Below the pieces are notes generated by a model. It was not told the origin of the DNA. It was given only the letters and a program-made list of their open reading frames with translations, and did no database searches. A program made the position numbers and the translations under genes. A stretch of 64,000 nucleotides of DNA from the NCBI GenBank assembly GCA_000091205.1, contig AP006495.2. One strand, given 5' to 3'. Shown in pieces: positions 34,573-45,066 of this stretch. This DNA is from Cyanidioschyzon merolae. Taxonomy: Eukaryota. How positions within the stretch are numbered: the stretch's first letter is position 1; each line of letters begins with the position of its first letter.

Positions 34573-36129
34573 ATGGAGCAGATCGAGCAAGGAACTTCAA
34601 ATATATCTCTCGATGATTACTTAAAGATGAGCGAAGAAGAACGGCAACAGCTTCCGAAAACTCGCTTGAAGAAACTGCAACGACAGGCGGCTCTGGCGGA
34701 GCGCAAAGCGGCGCGAGCGGCAGAGCTTGCAGCCAACGCTGCAACAGAGCAACGCGAACGACTAGAAGAGGCCCGGCAAGTGAGGATAGAGCTTGATTCG
34801 TCCCTGCCAAAGCCGCTGATCTGCAAACTTCGGGACATTTTCGCTTCTCCGGAGAAGTTCGTCGACCAGCGTGTGTGCTTGGCCGGCTGGGTGCACCACT
34901 GGCGCATGGACGGAAAACGTCTCGCATTCCTGGAGCTGCGCGATGGAACGGGTTTCATGCAGTGCGTATTATCGAACGAGTTGTGTATGACTTATGATGC
35001 GCTGACGCTCTGCCGCGAAGCCAGCGTGCGAGTCTGGGGCACCGTTCGCCACGACGCCCGCGCCAAAGGCGGTCTCGAGCTGCATGCCGACTTTTGGGAG
35101 CTCGTGGCACCCTCCACACCCGAGATAGAGATGGTGCTCACCCATGAATCCAATCCGGATATTCTACTGAACAACCGACACCTGGTGATTCGCGGCCGCC
35201 GAACGTCGACGACCTTGCGACTCCGCTCTCTCATAACGCAATGCTTTCGTGAGCACTACTTCCAGCGCGGGTATGTGGAACTCGCTCCGCCTACGATCGT
35301 GAATACCATGTGCGAAGGCGGCAGCACGCTCTTTAAGCTTGACTACTTTGGTATCAATGCCTATTTGACCCAGAGCAGCCAGATGTATCTGGAGAGCGGC
35401 ATTCCAGCTGTCGGAGACTGCTTCTGTGTATTGCCTTCGTATCGAGCTGAGCTGAGCGATACACGCCGCCATTTGGCTGAGTTTCATCATATCGAAGCTG
35501 AAATGCCGTTCATAACGTTCGCAGACTTGCTGGACGCTATCGAAGATCTCGTATGCGACGTCATCGCTCGAGTGCTCGCCAAGGCCGGTGACCTCGTCCG
35601 GGACCTCAACCCTGAGCTCGTGGTTCCGCGACGACCGTTCCGTCGCCTGACCTACGCTGATGCGATTGCGTATTGTCGGGAGCACGAAATCTACAAGGAC
35701 GAGGAACAGAAAATTCACTTCGAATACGGAGATGACATACCTGAACGGCCGGAACGACTTATGACGGATCAGATCGGTGAGCCGATCTTCCTCACGCATT
35801 TTCCGGTTTCCATGAAGGCTTTTTACATGCAGCCGTGCACCGATCAGCCGGATTTGACGGAAAGCGTAGATTTGTTGATGCCGGGAGTCGGGGAAATCGT
35901 TGGCGGCAGTATGCGCATCTGGCGATACAAGCAGCTCATGGACGCATATGCCCGTGAGCAGATCGACCCCAAGCCGTACTACTGGTATACGGATCAACGC
36001 AAGTTTGGATCCTGCCCTCACGGCGGCTACGGGCTTGGACTCGAACGATTCTGTTGTTATGTGCTCGGAGTGCGACACGTGCGAGAAGTATGTCTGTATC
36101 CGCGATATCGTGGCCGAATTTCGCCATAA
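34573..36129 (+). CDS. Asparaginyl-tRNA synthetase (class II), cytosolic type
   Basis: N-terminal OB-fold segment (VCLAGWVHHWR...FLELRDGTGFMQCVL). Class II motif 2 (SYRAELSDTRRHLAEFHHIEAE) and motif 3 (GGYGLGLERF) are present. Uninterrupted 518 aa. Confidence 0.9.
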   Translation: MEQIEQGTSNISLDDYLKMSEEERQQLPKTRLKKLQRQAALAERKAARAAELAANAATEQRERLEEARQVRIELDSSLPKPLICKLRDIFASPEKFVDQRVCLAGWVHHWRMDGKRLAFLELRDGTGFMQCVLSNELCMTYDALTLCREASVRVWGTVRHDARAKGGLELHADFWELVAPSTPEIEMVLTHESNPDILLNNRHLVIRGRRTSTTLRLRSLITQCFREHYFQRGYVELAPPTIVNTMCEGGSTLFKLDYFGINAYLTQSSQMYLESGIPAVGDCFCVLPSYRAELSDTRRHLAEFHHIEAEMPFITFADLLDAIEDLVCDVIARVLAKAGDLVRDLNPELVVPRRPFRRLTYADAIAYCREHEIYKDEEQKIHFEYGDDIPERPERLMTDQIGEPIFLTHFPVSMKAFYMQPCTDQPDLTESVDLLMPGVGEIVGGSMRIWRYKQLMDAYAREQIDPKPYYWYTDQRKFGSCPHGGYGLGLERFCCYVLGVRHVREVCLYPRYRGRISP

Positions 36130-36830
36130 GCCAGGCGGTGTGCTCCTCGGACGCAATGACGAGGCAGAGGCGGTGCCTAGGCGATTTTGTTCTATACGTG
36201 GCGCCCGAATAATGATTCGCTACGCAGCTTCTTGGCAGTACTGATGCGTAAAAGAGGACGCACCTGGTCTGCTGTCTTTGGGGTATCCAGTACCATGACG
36301 ACCCGAGGGTCTGCCCAGAACAGCTACGGAGCATGAGCAGCACACGCGGACGTCATTGCGCATTGTCCTCGAAGCGCATTTCGGGCAACGATGCCGCTGA
36401 ACGTTAACGATGTATGAGATGGCGGGCTTCGTTCGCGAATACGGCCGCAGCTGATCAGTGTGAGTGATGCATCGCCATCGTCACGGCAATTGGTATCATC
36501 GCGGCAGCGGTCGCTGAGATGCACGTCTGCTGTCGAAGTGCGATATGCACAGGACAATGCACGCTGCTTCGACGGAAGAGACATACCTGGCGAAAATCGC
36601 TGATGACTCGTTGGAAACCCGTGGTGGACACGCTGTCTCCGACGTCAACGAAGGTCAATGCCCGGGATGCGAACACTGCAGGATAATGTAGTAGAAGCTG
36701 CAAGGCAAGGCCACGGTGCAACTGATCCCATACCGGATAGACGCGTTTCGCTGCGCTCGAGGTATACTCGTCGCGGTATCCGTCATGACTGGGTTGGACA
36801 TCAGTTCGCATTGGACAACCCGTGAACCTT

Positions 36831-38759
36831 TTACGGATCACGACGGCGGATGAACCGCTCAAGTTGGAGCTCGAGGACTCGGGATCGACGCAGTCCGTGC
36901 ACCGCATGGTGCCGCAGCGCAATATCCAGGCTGCAGAGATGGACCGCGCCCCAGAGACCCGCCAATCCAACCAGCATTTTGGCTACCCGAGTGGTAAAGA
37001 GACGACGCACGACGAGAACGCCTAGTCCAAGAATACTGACGAGCAAAAAGAGAAAAACGAGCAAAACACCATGGTAGATGCAAGTGACATAAAGCAAGGA
37101 ATCAGTGGCGATGGCGTTTTTTCCAGTTGGCTTCCTGCTCACGCGCGCTTGCGGAAACGCAAGTAACGTCGCTTCGGCTGCCCCGATGCCGATCAGCACA
37201 ACTCGCTCTATGAAAACGAGTGTTCTGGCTCGGCGCCATGGCATGACTGGAGCAGAGGCATCCGTCGCTGTGAACGACTCGGATGCCGGTGGTGTCATGC
37301 ATCCAACGAAAACCCCAAACAGGGGAACAAGCACACCCTCCGCGAGCTGAAGCCCCATCGCGATCATATTCAAGCAGATCCTGATCATGCGATTTCCGGC
37401 AGCATACCAGGAAACAGAAGTCGCGCTGGCACGTCGAAGCGCAGTCGACTCTGGTCCATCGATGCCGAAAGGATTCTTGCACCCGATGTGCAGCAGCAGA
37501 CTGCCTACTGCTGCACAAAATGCGATCATATCCGCCTTGGTTGGATCTGATGATTCCGAGTCGGGGACGCATAACGCTTTAAGACCAGCGAATCCTGCAT
37601 TTTGGTGCGCGGCCTTCGCTCGGTCTGGTGTTCGCTGCAATTCCGCAGCGCCAACTGCACTTAGTGTACTGGCGAGCGTCCAAAGCGCCGCTGGCCACCT
37701 ATCCTCGCTCAGACTATCGTTGCAGCGACGCGTTGATCGGGGCGAGTCCCCTGTACCGGTCTGGGCGCTGCACAGTGCCCCGGGCTGCGTCTGGACATCA
37801 TCACCCTGCTCGCAAGCATGTGGTTTGCGCTCGTCATTCGAGCATGAGTCATCGTATGGTGCGAAATTCTGCAGCTCATTCGCGGGCAATGCCCTTCTAG
37901 AGAAACGTAAACTGTTGACATCGGAGCGCGTTTCCCGCAAAACCGGCGTTGAACTGCAGCGCTCGTCGTTCAGCGTTCGCGATACAAACCCCAGTAATGG
38001 TATTAGAGAAGGATCTTCTGATTTGCTTTGCTGATGCTTAGCGGGCTCTCGCTCATCCCTCGGGTAAGAGCGCTGCCTCCAAGCCGTCGACTGTGCGGCA
38101 GGGGCCTCGGGAAACGCACGTGTCGAAGTTGGACGCTGAAATGCGGTTTGAAAAGAAGTCAGCTGTGCATCTGCGCAAGCTTGTGATCGCGTCCAGTACC
38201 GCGTCCCAACGGTATGGGGACGCGTAGCCGTCACCTCGGTCAGTGGCCGCGTTTCAGCCGAGCGTTGTGGAAGCGTATCCCTGAGTGCCGTTGGTGGAAA
38301 CGCACCAGCGAAGCGCTGATGAGGCGGCGCTCCCGTCAGCGTCGCTTCGCAGGCTTCTGACACCAGAGCCGCGGCCTCTAGCGGAGGACTCACCACAGAA
38401 CGGCGGCGCCGCGGAAGCACCATGAGCCTGCAAGGCACCGATCGCCGCAGTGTACCCTGATGGCTACTCAGTAGCAAGGCTTGCTTCCCTAGTGGTGCAG
38501 CAGCAGACGCTGCGTACGACAGCGTACTTGGTTTCAGTGGACCGCGAAACGACAGGAATTTCACGTAGGGTCTTCGGAGAAGTTCTTCGGAACGATTTAG
38601 AAAGTCAAGATCCAGCTCTTTTGCACTAGAAATACCGAGTAGGTTGCTAAAAAGCACCTTAATCGGACGCTTGGCTCCTGAACAGACACGACAGCAGTCG
38701 AGCGCGGAGTTTAGAAAACCCCCGCGGCAATTGCGGCTGCCGCGCGCATCGCGCATCAC
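36831..38759 (-). CDS. Hypothetical protein, possibly membrane-associated (642 aa)
   Basis: Longest ORF in this stretch, with hydrophobic segments at the C-terminus. The composition is Ala/Arg/Ser/Pro-rich and could be a GC-driven spurious ORF. Confidence 0.3.
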   Translation of the reverse strand: MMRDARGSRNCRGGFLNSALDCCRVCSGAKRPIKVLFSNLLGISSAKELDLDFLNRSEELLRRPYVKFLSFRGPLKPSTLSYAASAAAPLGKQALLLSSHQGTLRRSVPCRLMVLPRRRRSVVSPPLEAAALVSEACEATLTGAPPHQRFAGAFPPTALRDTLPQRSAETRPLTEVTATRPHTVGTRYWTRSQACADAQLTSFQTAFQRPTSTRAFPEAPAAQSTAWRQRSYPRDEREPAKHQQSKSEDPSLIPLLGFVSRTLNDERCSSTPVLRETRSDVNSLRFSRRALPANELQNFAPYDDSCSNDERKPHACEQGDDVQTQPGALCSAQTGTGDSPRSTRRCNDSLSEDRWPAALWTLASTLSAVGAAELQRTPDRAKAAHQNAGFAGLKALCVPDSESSDPTKADMIAFCAAVGSLLLHIGCKNPFGIDGPESTALRRASATSVSWYAAGNRMIRICLNMIAMGLQLAEGVLVPLFGVFVGCMTPPASESFTATDASAPVMPWRRARTLVFIERVVLIGIGAAEATLLAFPQARVSRKPTGKNAIATDSLLYVTCIYHGVLLVFLFLLVSILGLGVLVVRRLFTTRVAKMLVGLAGLWGAVHLCSLDIALRHHAVHGLRRSRVLELQLERFIRRRDP

Positions 38760-40083
38760 CTTCGGGTGGACTTTCGCTCTCGAGAAGCGTCATCTTCAGC
38801 GCGACATGTACCGCACTCCGGATACATCGTCAATGAAACAAAACATGTCCCACGCTCGTCTAGGGCAAATGAATATCCACTCGCAGACGCCTGCCAGTCT
38901 TTTTTGGTAGGCCTACTGCTATCGACTTCAGCTTCTAGTTGAATACTTCGAGCATGAGAGGCTGCCCGACAAATTTGGATCGCGTCAGCTCCTTGGTCTC
39001 GTATTCAGTAACCCATCTTTTGGTAGTGATGGCCGCGTTGAAGTCCCAGCGCACGTATTCCATGTATTAATTGCCTCTGGTTGACCTCAGTAGTGCAAGG
39101 ATTCCGAAAACTCGCGCCCCACTGTACCACTACAGACTCGTGGCCGTTGCGTCCAAGAGATACCTTTTCTGGTCTATGTCCTCGCTTGTTCGTCACTCAC
39201 TCTTCTCCGCTCGATTGTCAGCGAGAAGAGGGCTTTTGCAATTATTTGTCGAAGTCGGCAATGACAATACTCCTGGATCCTCGACTTCCATGTCCATACC
39301 TACCCAATGGATTTTCTATTTCTCCATATGAACGCACATCGAAAGCATCTACTGAGATCCGGGATAAATCAATCAATTATGCGTACGTGGGTGCAGAACA
39401 CAATGAAAGGTGAAAGCAGGAATGATGGAGAGTTAATGGCGAACGCATTGTTTGACTACGGGGTACGCAGGGCCAGCAGGATCACCGATACGTTCGCGTC
39501 CGCTGAAGCAGAAGCAGCAGGGTTCGAGCGCGCTGCAAACTACGGGGTGTTCCTGCTGGCCTCTGATCCGACGCGTAAGCGTTTCTCGACCGTATGATGC
39601 CTACAAGAAACTGTTCTTTACATGGATGCTATCTGCCGATAGATGCTGATTTGTATAGATCCACATCACCAACTTGGGCGCTCATTCTATGCAACTCGCT
39701 TCTTTCTTGCGTCCTGTACGCGTTCTGAGGCGATAGATTGCCAATCGCCACCGTTCCGTGCCCAGCGACAAGCGAGTCGAATGATGCCTACAAGCACCAT
39801 AGCACATTCGATATACGACGTCGAAACTGGATGCTTCGCGTGCCCGCGTTCGACACGTATATAGTACAGAGGCTGGCGCGTGCCTCGTGCACGATACCCT
39901 CAACATTACAGGTGCTGAATGTAGTTCGAGCGCATGCTTACGCAGCCTGAAGTGATGCACAAGAACACGCTGTCTCCAGTCGATGCTATCGCAGACTCGA
40001 CACTTGCTTCGGCTGCAGTGCAGGTTCTGCTTGTGCGTCTGTGTGCATGTCCGGTGAGATCTTCTTTGCCGCCTTCTTAGGTT

Positions 40084-41283
40084 TCATTCCAACTTGAACA
40101 GAATCTTTCCCTTTCGATTCGGGGCAAACTGTGCCCGAAAAGCATCCTCATACTGTTCGAGTGTATATTCTTGCTCAACTTGCGGTCGCATATCACCTTT
40201 GCGAATCATTTCAAACGTTTCCTCGAAAATCGTCGGCTTCTGGTTCTTCAACCAAGTTGTAAGCGAGAAACCGCGGACAACGATGCCCTTAAAGATCAGA
40301 TCACTGTTCATGACACACGTCGGTTTGCCGCTCTGCAGCCCGTATGCCATGAAAAGGCCGCCCGGGGAGAGCGCTGCCAGCGCAGCCGAGCCCATCTCGC
40401 CGCCAACAGCGTCAACGACGGCAGCGAGCCCGCGTCCATTCGTTATCGCGTTGAGACGCTCGGCGAGGTTCGGCTCCTCGCCAAAAACGATCACCTCGTC
40501 TGCCCCGAGCTGTTTCAGTTCCGCAACAGATGCTTTCGATCGCACAAAGTTCACCGTGCACAAGCCCCGCTTTTTCGCCAGCTGGATGAACATACGACCG
40601 AGAGTCGAGTTCGCCGCTGTCTGTCCGATCCACGGGTTGCCGTGAACCGGCGCCTCCGCTTCGATCTGCTCCAACATGCCGACCACGGTCAGCGGATTCA
40701 CTATCAATTGAGCGGCCTCTTTATCACCGATATCCTGTGGTACTTTGATACAGAGGTTTTCGTCCACCACGAGGTACTGTTGCCAGCAGCCCGAGCGATC
40801 CGCAAGTGTTGGAATCACACGCGTCCCGACAGGAAGCGAGGTCGCTGGACCTTGCGCCACAACTTCTCCGACACCCTCGAGGCCGCCAACAAACCCAGGA
40901 CGACGTTCGCGCACTGCGGCTACCCCAGGGTACACGCCTTGGACGACAAACACGTCGGCAGGATGGAGGCATGCATACCGCATCTTCACGAGCACCTGAC
41001 CCGGACCAGGCTTCGGGACAGAAGCAGTGGTGTTCAACCTAAGTGCTCCCTTCAGCGGATCGCCAAAACTTACAATTTCCAGAGCTTTCTGCGTTGACGG
41101 TATATGTGTTGCCATAGAGTCTGCAAATCGGTTGCGTCTTCCAGCAACGACACCGCCAGGCCTGTGTCTGGAATCAATTTTGGGGCAGGGAGTGCGCACA
41201 TCAGGCTGGCCGCGTCCACCCGCCACACCTGGACCCGTGCCGCGGTATGCGAATGAATCTGGACTGTGGGAGGCAGCGTGCAT
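40084..41283 (-). CDS. Trans-2-enoyl-CoA reductase (MECR/Etr1-type MDR-family oxidoreductase), probably mitochondrial
   Basis: MRYACLHPADVFVVQGVYPG resembles Etr1 (NPADINQIQGVYP). The MDR-type zinc-ADH fold runs throughout. The true start is more likely the internal Met at about 41115 (MATHIPSTQKALEI...), because the upstream part of the ORF overlaps the Fanzor-like fragment C on the other strand. Confidence 0.7.
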   Translation of the reverse strand: MHAASHSPDSFAYRGTGPGVAGGRGQPDVRTPCPKIDSRHRPGGVVAGRRNRFADSMATHIPSTQKALEIVSFGDPLKGALRLNTTASVPKPGPGQVLVKMRYACLHPADVFVVQGVYPGVAAVRERRPGFVGGLEGVGEVVAQGPATSLPVGTRVIPTLADRSGCWQQYLVVDENLCIKVPQDIGDKEAAQLIVNPLTVVGMLEQIEAEAPVHGNPWIGQTAANSTLGRMFIQLAKKRGLCTVNFVRSKASVAELKQLGADEVIVFGEEPNLAERLNAITNGRGLAAVVDAVGGEMGSAALAALSPGGLFMAYGLQSGKPTCVMNSDLIFKGIVVRGFSLTTWLKNQKPTIFEETFEMIRKGDMRPQVEQEYTLEQYEDAFRAQFAPNRKGKILFKLE

Positions 41284-41925
41284 TCGTCAACTTTTTCAAT
41301 CAGTTGAGCGCCTTGAAGGAGGATCAAAGTCAGAGGCTCGTAGTAGCGTACGGAGCAGGGCGCTGGAAGACCCAAAAAGGGACGAGGCCAGCTCCAACGA
41401 CAAGAATGTATGAGGCGTGCACACGGCGTTTCGTTACGATACCGATAGATGAGTTCCGAATATCCTATACACACCATGAACTGGGATGCACACTTCAGAG
41501 GGTCGAGATGGAAACGTGCCAACGGAGCCCTGAGGATATAAAAAAGCACGGACCGCTGACGGAAGAGCAAATGGAAAGGAGGGCGAAAGTTCGTGCATTG
41601 CTTGCACTAGTGAGTACAACCAATGATAGTAAGAAACGTATGGAGTTCGTGAATCGTGACTTTAATCCTGCTATCAATATAAGGAAATGTGTGGTGCTGG
41701 AGACGAGACCTCCAGAGTAGACAAGAGAGAATTTTACTGGACAACCTCTCAAGGTTGAATCATATGAGAAAAAGCTGGAAGCAGTAGTGGGTGACCCGTC
41801 GAACAAGGCCGCGAGGCGTCTGCACATCAGTTGGTGACTTCTTGTCTAGGGCGCGGTTTCTCGCCACTACTGCACACCGCCGGCGACGTCGTTCGACTGC
41901 GAGAGGCGTTCGGCGGTGTACGAGG
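41150..41925 (+). mobile_element. 5'-truncated TnpB/Fanzor-like fragment (copy C), carrying the RuvC-II-like segment, the zinc-finger region, RuvC-III and the 3' tail
   Basis: ...RQRAFVNFFNQLSALKEDQSQRLVVAYGAGRW...TRMYEACTRRFVTIPIDEFRISYTHHELGCTLQRVEMETCQRSPEDI...RRAKVRALLALVSTT...KRMEFVNRDFNPAINIRKCVVLETRPPE*. The tail is conserved with copy D up to about 41900. Confidence 0.65.
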
Positions 41926-44900
41926 GGTGTGTGCTTTAAACGCCAAGCTTGTTTCGCTGCTTTTTTTTTGAAAACTCGACCATCGCTGGGACCCAGCACT
42001 GGCAAGGATCAATGCCGTGTGTCTGCGAACGCTCTGTCCTCTAAAAGTTCGTGGTTTCGTCTGGAAATCCAAACGAGCTTCCGTCACGGGCGGGGAACGT
42101 GTCACTCGCTTCGAAGAGGTGAACGCCGTGAACCAGAGGACGGAAAACGGTGCAAGCTTCCTATGGGAGGCGCTTTCGCTGCATACGCCATGACTCAGGC
42201 GCTCATTCTTCCCGGGAGCTCTGCTTTTATCAAAATACCACCGTACGCGAACAACCGCACGACCAGTACGTACTCGAATGGAGCAAGCTGCGTTGCCAGT
42301 CGCCGCCACTGTCGGTTTTTGGGAGCCGGCTCAGGCCGGAGCCGCGCCTTGACTGCGTTTCTGGTGAAGCAGCAGTGCTGTCGCTGCGTCGACAGTTTGC
42401 GGCGCGCACAGACAGCTAAGCGCTCACCTGGTGTCGCTGCGATCCGTCTCGCGACCGAGTCCCCGGAACAGGACCCTGTTCTTGACTGGCTCCGCAAAGA
42501 GCTCAACGACGAGCAGTTTGCAGCCGCGACGGCGCCCGTTGACGCTCCAGTTTTGGTGATGGCTGGCCCCGGATCAGGCAAGACGCGGGTTCTCACTTAC
42601 CGAATGGTGTACCTCATCATCAAAGAACTCTTCAGGGCAAGGCACTTATTGGCGGTTACGTTCACGAACAAGGCTGCTGATGAGATGCGAGCACGCGTGA
42701 TCGACCTACTAAAGTCGCGACAAGGCACCGAAGTGGAATCCTCGCACAGCGTTCCCACTGTTGGTACGATTCATTCGGCCTGTTCGCGCATCTTGCATCG
42801 GTTTGGCGCAGTCATGGGCATTAGCTCCAAGTTTAACATCTATTCCGAGTCGGATGCTAAGCGGCTGCTGCACAGGATCCTCGAAGAAAATGGCGAAACG
42901 ATGATTGACCCGAAGAAGATTGCGTTGTTCGCCGCGCTTCTCTCCGAGATGAAGCAGGAACAATTTTGCGCGGAGTTTGGTTACGAGCCGTCGCCCTCTA
43001 GGTCGCCGGCCTATGATGCTCGTGGCATCACTGCATACATGGTGGAACGCGCCAAAACCCTCCTTCCGGTGTACCAGTCGGAGCTGCGACGGCTTGGGGC
43101 ACTCGACTTTGATGATTTGATCCTGGAGGCGGGACGCCTGCTTCGGAATCACCCGGCCATTCGTCTGGAGCTCCAGAAGCAATGGCAATACATCATGGTA
43201 GATGAGACTCAGGACACCAGCCAAGCTCAGTATCATGTAATTCGATTACTGGCTGAAAGAAAACGTGAAACAGAGAAGTATTTCCCGTTGTTTCTTGTGG
43301 GTGATCCCGACCAAAGTATCTATGGATGGCGCGGGGCGGACATGCACGCTGTTCGGCGTTTTCGGGATTCGCTACCGGAAACCCGTGTCTACCTATTAGA
43401 GAACAATTACCGCTCGACGAAAGCAATTGGAGATCTAGCACAATACGTCATACAACAGGATCGTGAACGGATACATCCAGAGAAACGCATGCGTACGCAG
43501 CTAGAGGGCGAACATCCCGTTCGCTTGGTCTTTTGTAGGAACAGCAAGTCGGAAGCTGAATTCGTGGTCAAGCAAATTCGAGAACTCGTCGCACGCCACA
43601 AGCTCTCTGGTCGAGATATCGCCATCATGTACCGAACAAACGTTCAAAGCCGTACGCTCGAGGAAGCCTGCATACATGCCGGTGTGCCGTACGTCTTGGT
43701 TGGCGGTCTGCCCTTCTACGAGCGGCGCGAGGTCGCAGACATGCTGGCCTGTTTGAAGCTGCTCCTCCACGAGGGCGATACAGCAAGCTTTGAACGGGTA
43801 TTGAGCTTTGCGGTCTCCGGCATTGGCAAACGAACGACCGCCGCATTGTACGAATGGGCGAAACACCTGAACTGCACACCGATCGCGGCACTTCGGGCGC
43901 TCAGCAATGTCGATGCGGATACACCAATCGTTTCCAAAGCGATACCGAGCGTACCGCGCTCGCTGCCCGTGCATGAAACCCCAGCGGTGGACGAAAACGC
44001 CTCCAACGGAACCCGGGGTGCAGCTGAACTCGAGACTACCCCGACTTTGACCGATGAACAGGTGGCCATGCTGGGTGTCACTTCGCGGAAACGCAAAATC
44101 TTGCTCAAGTTTTTGGAGATGTATGAGCGGTGGAAGAGATTACTGCGAACACCTGTGGCCGAGATGAGCCGCAGGTATTATGTGCTTCCACTCATGATTA
44201 AGACAATTTTCGCAGACACGCAATACGAGGAATACGTCCGCAAGCAAGCGCTCCACGGACCCGCTGTCAATGAGGAGACCAGCGCTCTTCGCGTCCAGGA
44301 GCGTCTAGAGAACGTCGTTGAACTCGCACGAGCCGCCTCCACAGCCGAGGAGCTCTGCCTGAAGAGGGGTGCTCAAACGGCCGGCGACGTTCTCGTGACC
44401 TTTCTGCATGAGGTTGCACTTGTGCATGGCGCTAACCGCGACGAGAACACCCCGAAAGATGCATTCGGCTGTGTGAATCTCATGACGCTGCACGCGAGCA
44501 AAGGTCTTGAATTCGAAGCAGTTTTCATCGTTGGTATGACGGAAAGTCTTCTGCCACACAAGCTGTGTCGTACCCGAGAGTCACAGATCGCGGAGGAAAG
44601 GCGGCTGGCATATGTCGGCTTGACTCGCGCCAAGCGCCACCTGACAATCACCTGGTACCCAAATGGCTCCGAATGGCTCTCCCGGTTCCTCCTGGATGCA
44701 CCTGACGAACTCGTCAGTCGACACTGCGCCCGGGATCTGATGAAAGGTCGCCTGGACCCCATTCCACGTGAAGAATATACGCTGCGGTGCAAGCAAGCAC
44801 ACGCGGGCAGCAAGGAGCCGGTACGCATCGGTGACATAGACGTACTGGGAGAAGTGAAGGCCAGGAGCAGGGCGGCGGAATCGAAACGAGCACGTGTCCA

Positions 44901-45066
44901 GGCAAACGCGGACTCCAAACTAGCCGCTGGGGTTTTTGTAAGGCATTCAAAATATGGCAAAGGTATTGTTGTCAAGAAACTAGACGGTACACCGCTCGTT
45001 GTCGTGCGATTCTTCGAGCAGCGCGGGACAAAGGCTGTTCCTGGAAACTTCTTGGAGCGGCTCTGA
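41791..45066 (+). CDS. UvrD/PcrA-type superfamily-1 DNA helicase (bacterial architecture) with an N-terminal extension of about 200 aa
   Basis: Walker A is VLVMAGPGSGKTRVL. LAVTFTNKAADEMRARV and the helicase motifs follow, ending ...LTRAKRHLTIT.... The C-terminal HSKYGKGIVVKK...VVVRFFEQRGTK resembles the UvrD/Rep C-terminal domain. The annotated start lies next to a TE fragment and is uncertain. Confidence 0.75.
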   Translation: MTRRTRPRGVCTSVGDFLSRARFLATTAHRRRRRSTARGVRRCTRGVCFKRQACFAAFFLKTRPSLGPSTGKDQCRVSANALSSKSSWFRLEIQTSFRHGRGTCHSLRRGERREPEDGKRCKLPMGGAFAAYAMTQALILPGSSAFIKIPPYANNRTTSTYSNGASCVASRRHCRFLGAGSGRSRALTAFLVKQQCCRCVDSLRRAQTAKRSPGVAAIRLATESPEQDPVLDWLRKELNDEQFAAATAPVDAPVLVMAGPGSGKTRVLTYRMVYLIIKELFRARHLLAVTFTNKAADEMRARVIDLLKSRQGTEVESSHSVPTVGTIHSACSRILHRFGAVMGISSKFNIYSESDAKRLLHRILEENGETMIDPKKIALFAALLSEMKQEQFCAEFGYEPSPSRSPAYDARGITAYMVERAKTLLPVYQSELRRLGALDFDDLILEAGRLLRNHPAIRLELQKQWQYIMVDETQDTSQAQYHVIRLLAERKRETEKYFPLFLVGDPDQSIYGWRGADMHAVRRFRDSLPETRVYLLENNYRSTKAIGDLAQYVIQQDRERIHPEKRMRTQLEGEHPVRLVFCRNSKSEAEFVVKQIRELVARHKLSGRDIAIMYRTNVQSRTLEEACIHAGVPYVLVGGLPFYERREVADMLACLKLLLHEGDTASFERVLSFAVSGIGKRTTAALYEWAKHLNCTPIAALRALSNVDADTPIVSKAIPSVPRSLPVHETPAVDENASNGTRGAAELETTPTLTDEQVAMLGVTSRKRKILLKFLEMYERWKRLLRTPVAEMSRRYYVLPLMIKTIFADTQYEEYVRKQALHGPAVNEETSALRVQERLENVVELARAASTAEELCLKRGAQTAGDVLVTFLHEVALVHGANRDENTPKDAFGCVNLMTLHASKGLEFEAVFIVGMTESLLPHKLCRTRESQIAEERRLAYVGLTRAKRHLTITWYPNGSEWLSRFLLDAPDELVSRHCARDLMKGRLDPIPREEYTLRCKQAHAGSKEPVRIGDIDVLGEVKARSRAAESKRARVQANADSKLAAGVFVRHSKYGKGIVVKKLDGTPLVVVRFFEQRGTKAVPGNFLERL

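Noticed and set aside
37387-38034. 215-aa plus-strand ORF
   Set aside because: It is antisense inside the long, itself weakly supported, ORF 36831..38759, with no motif.
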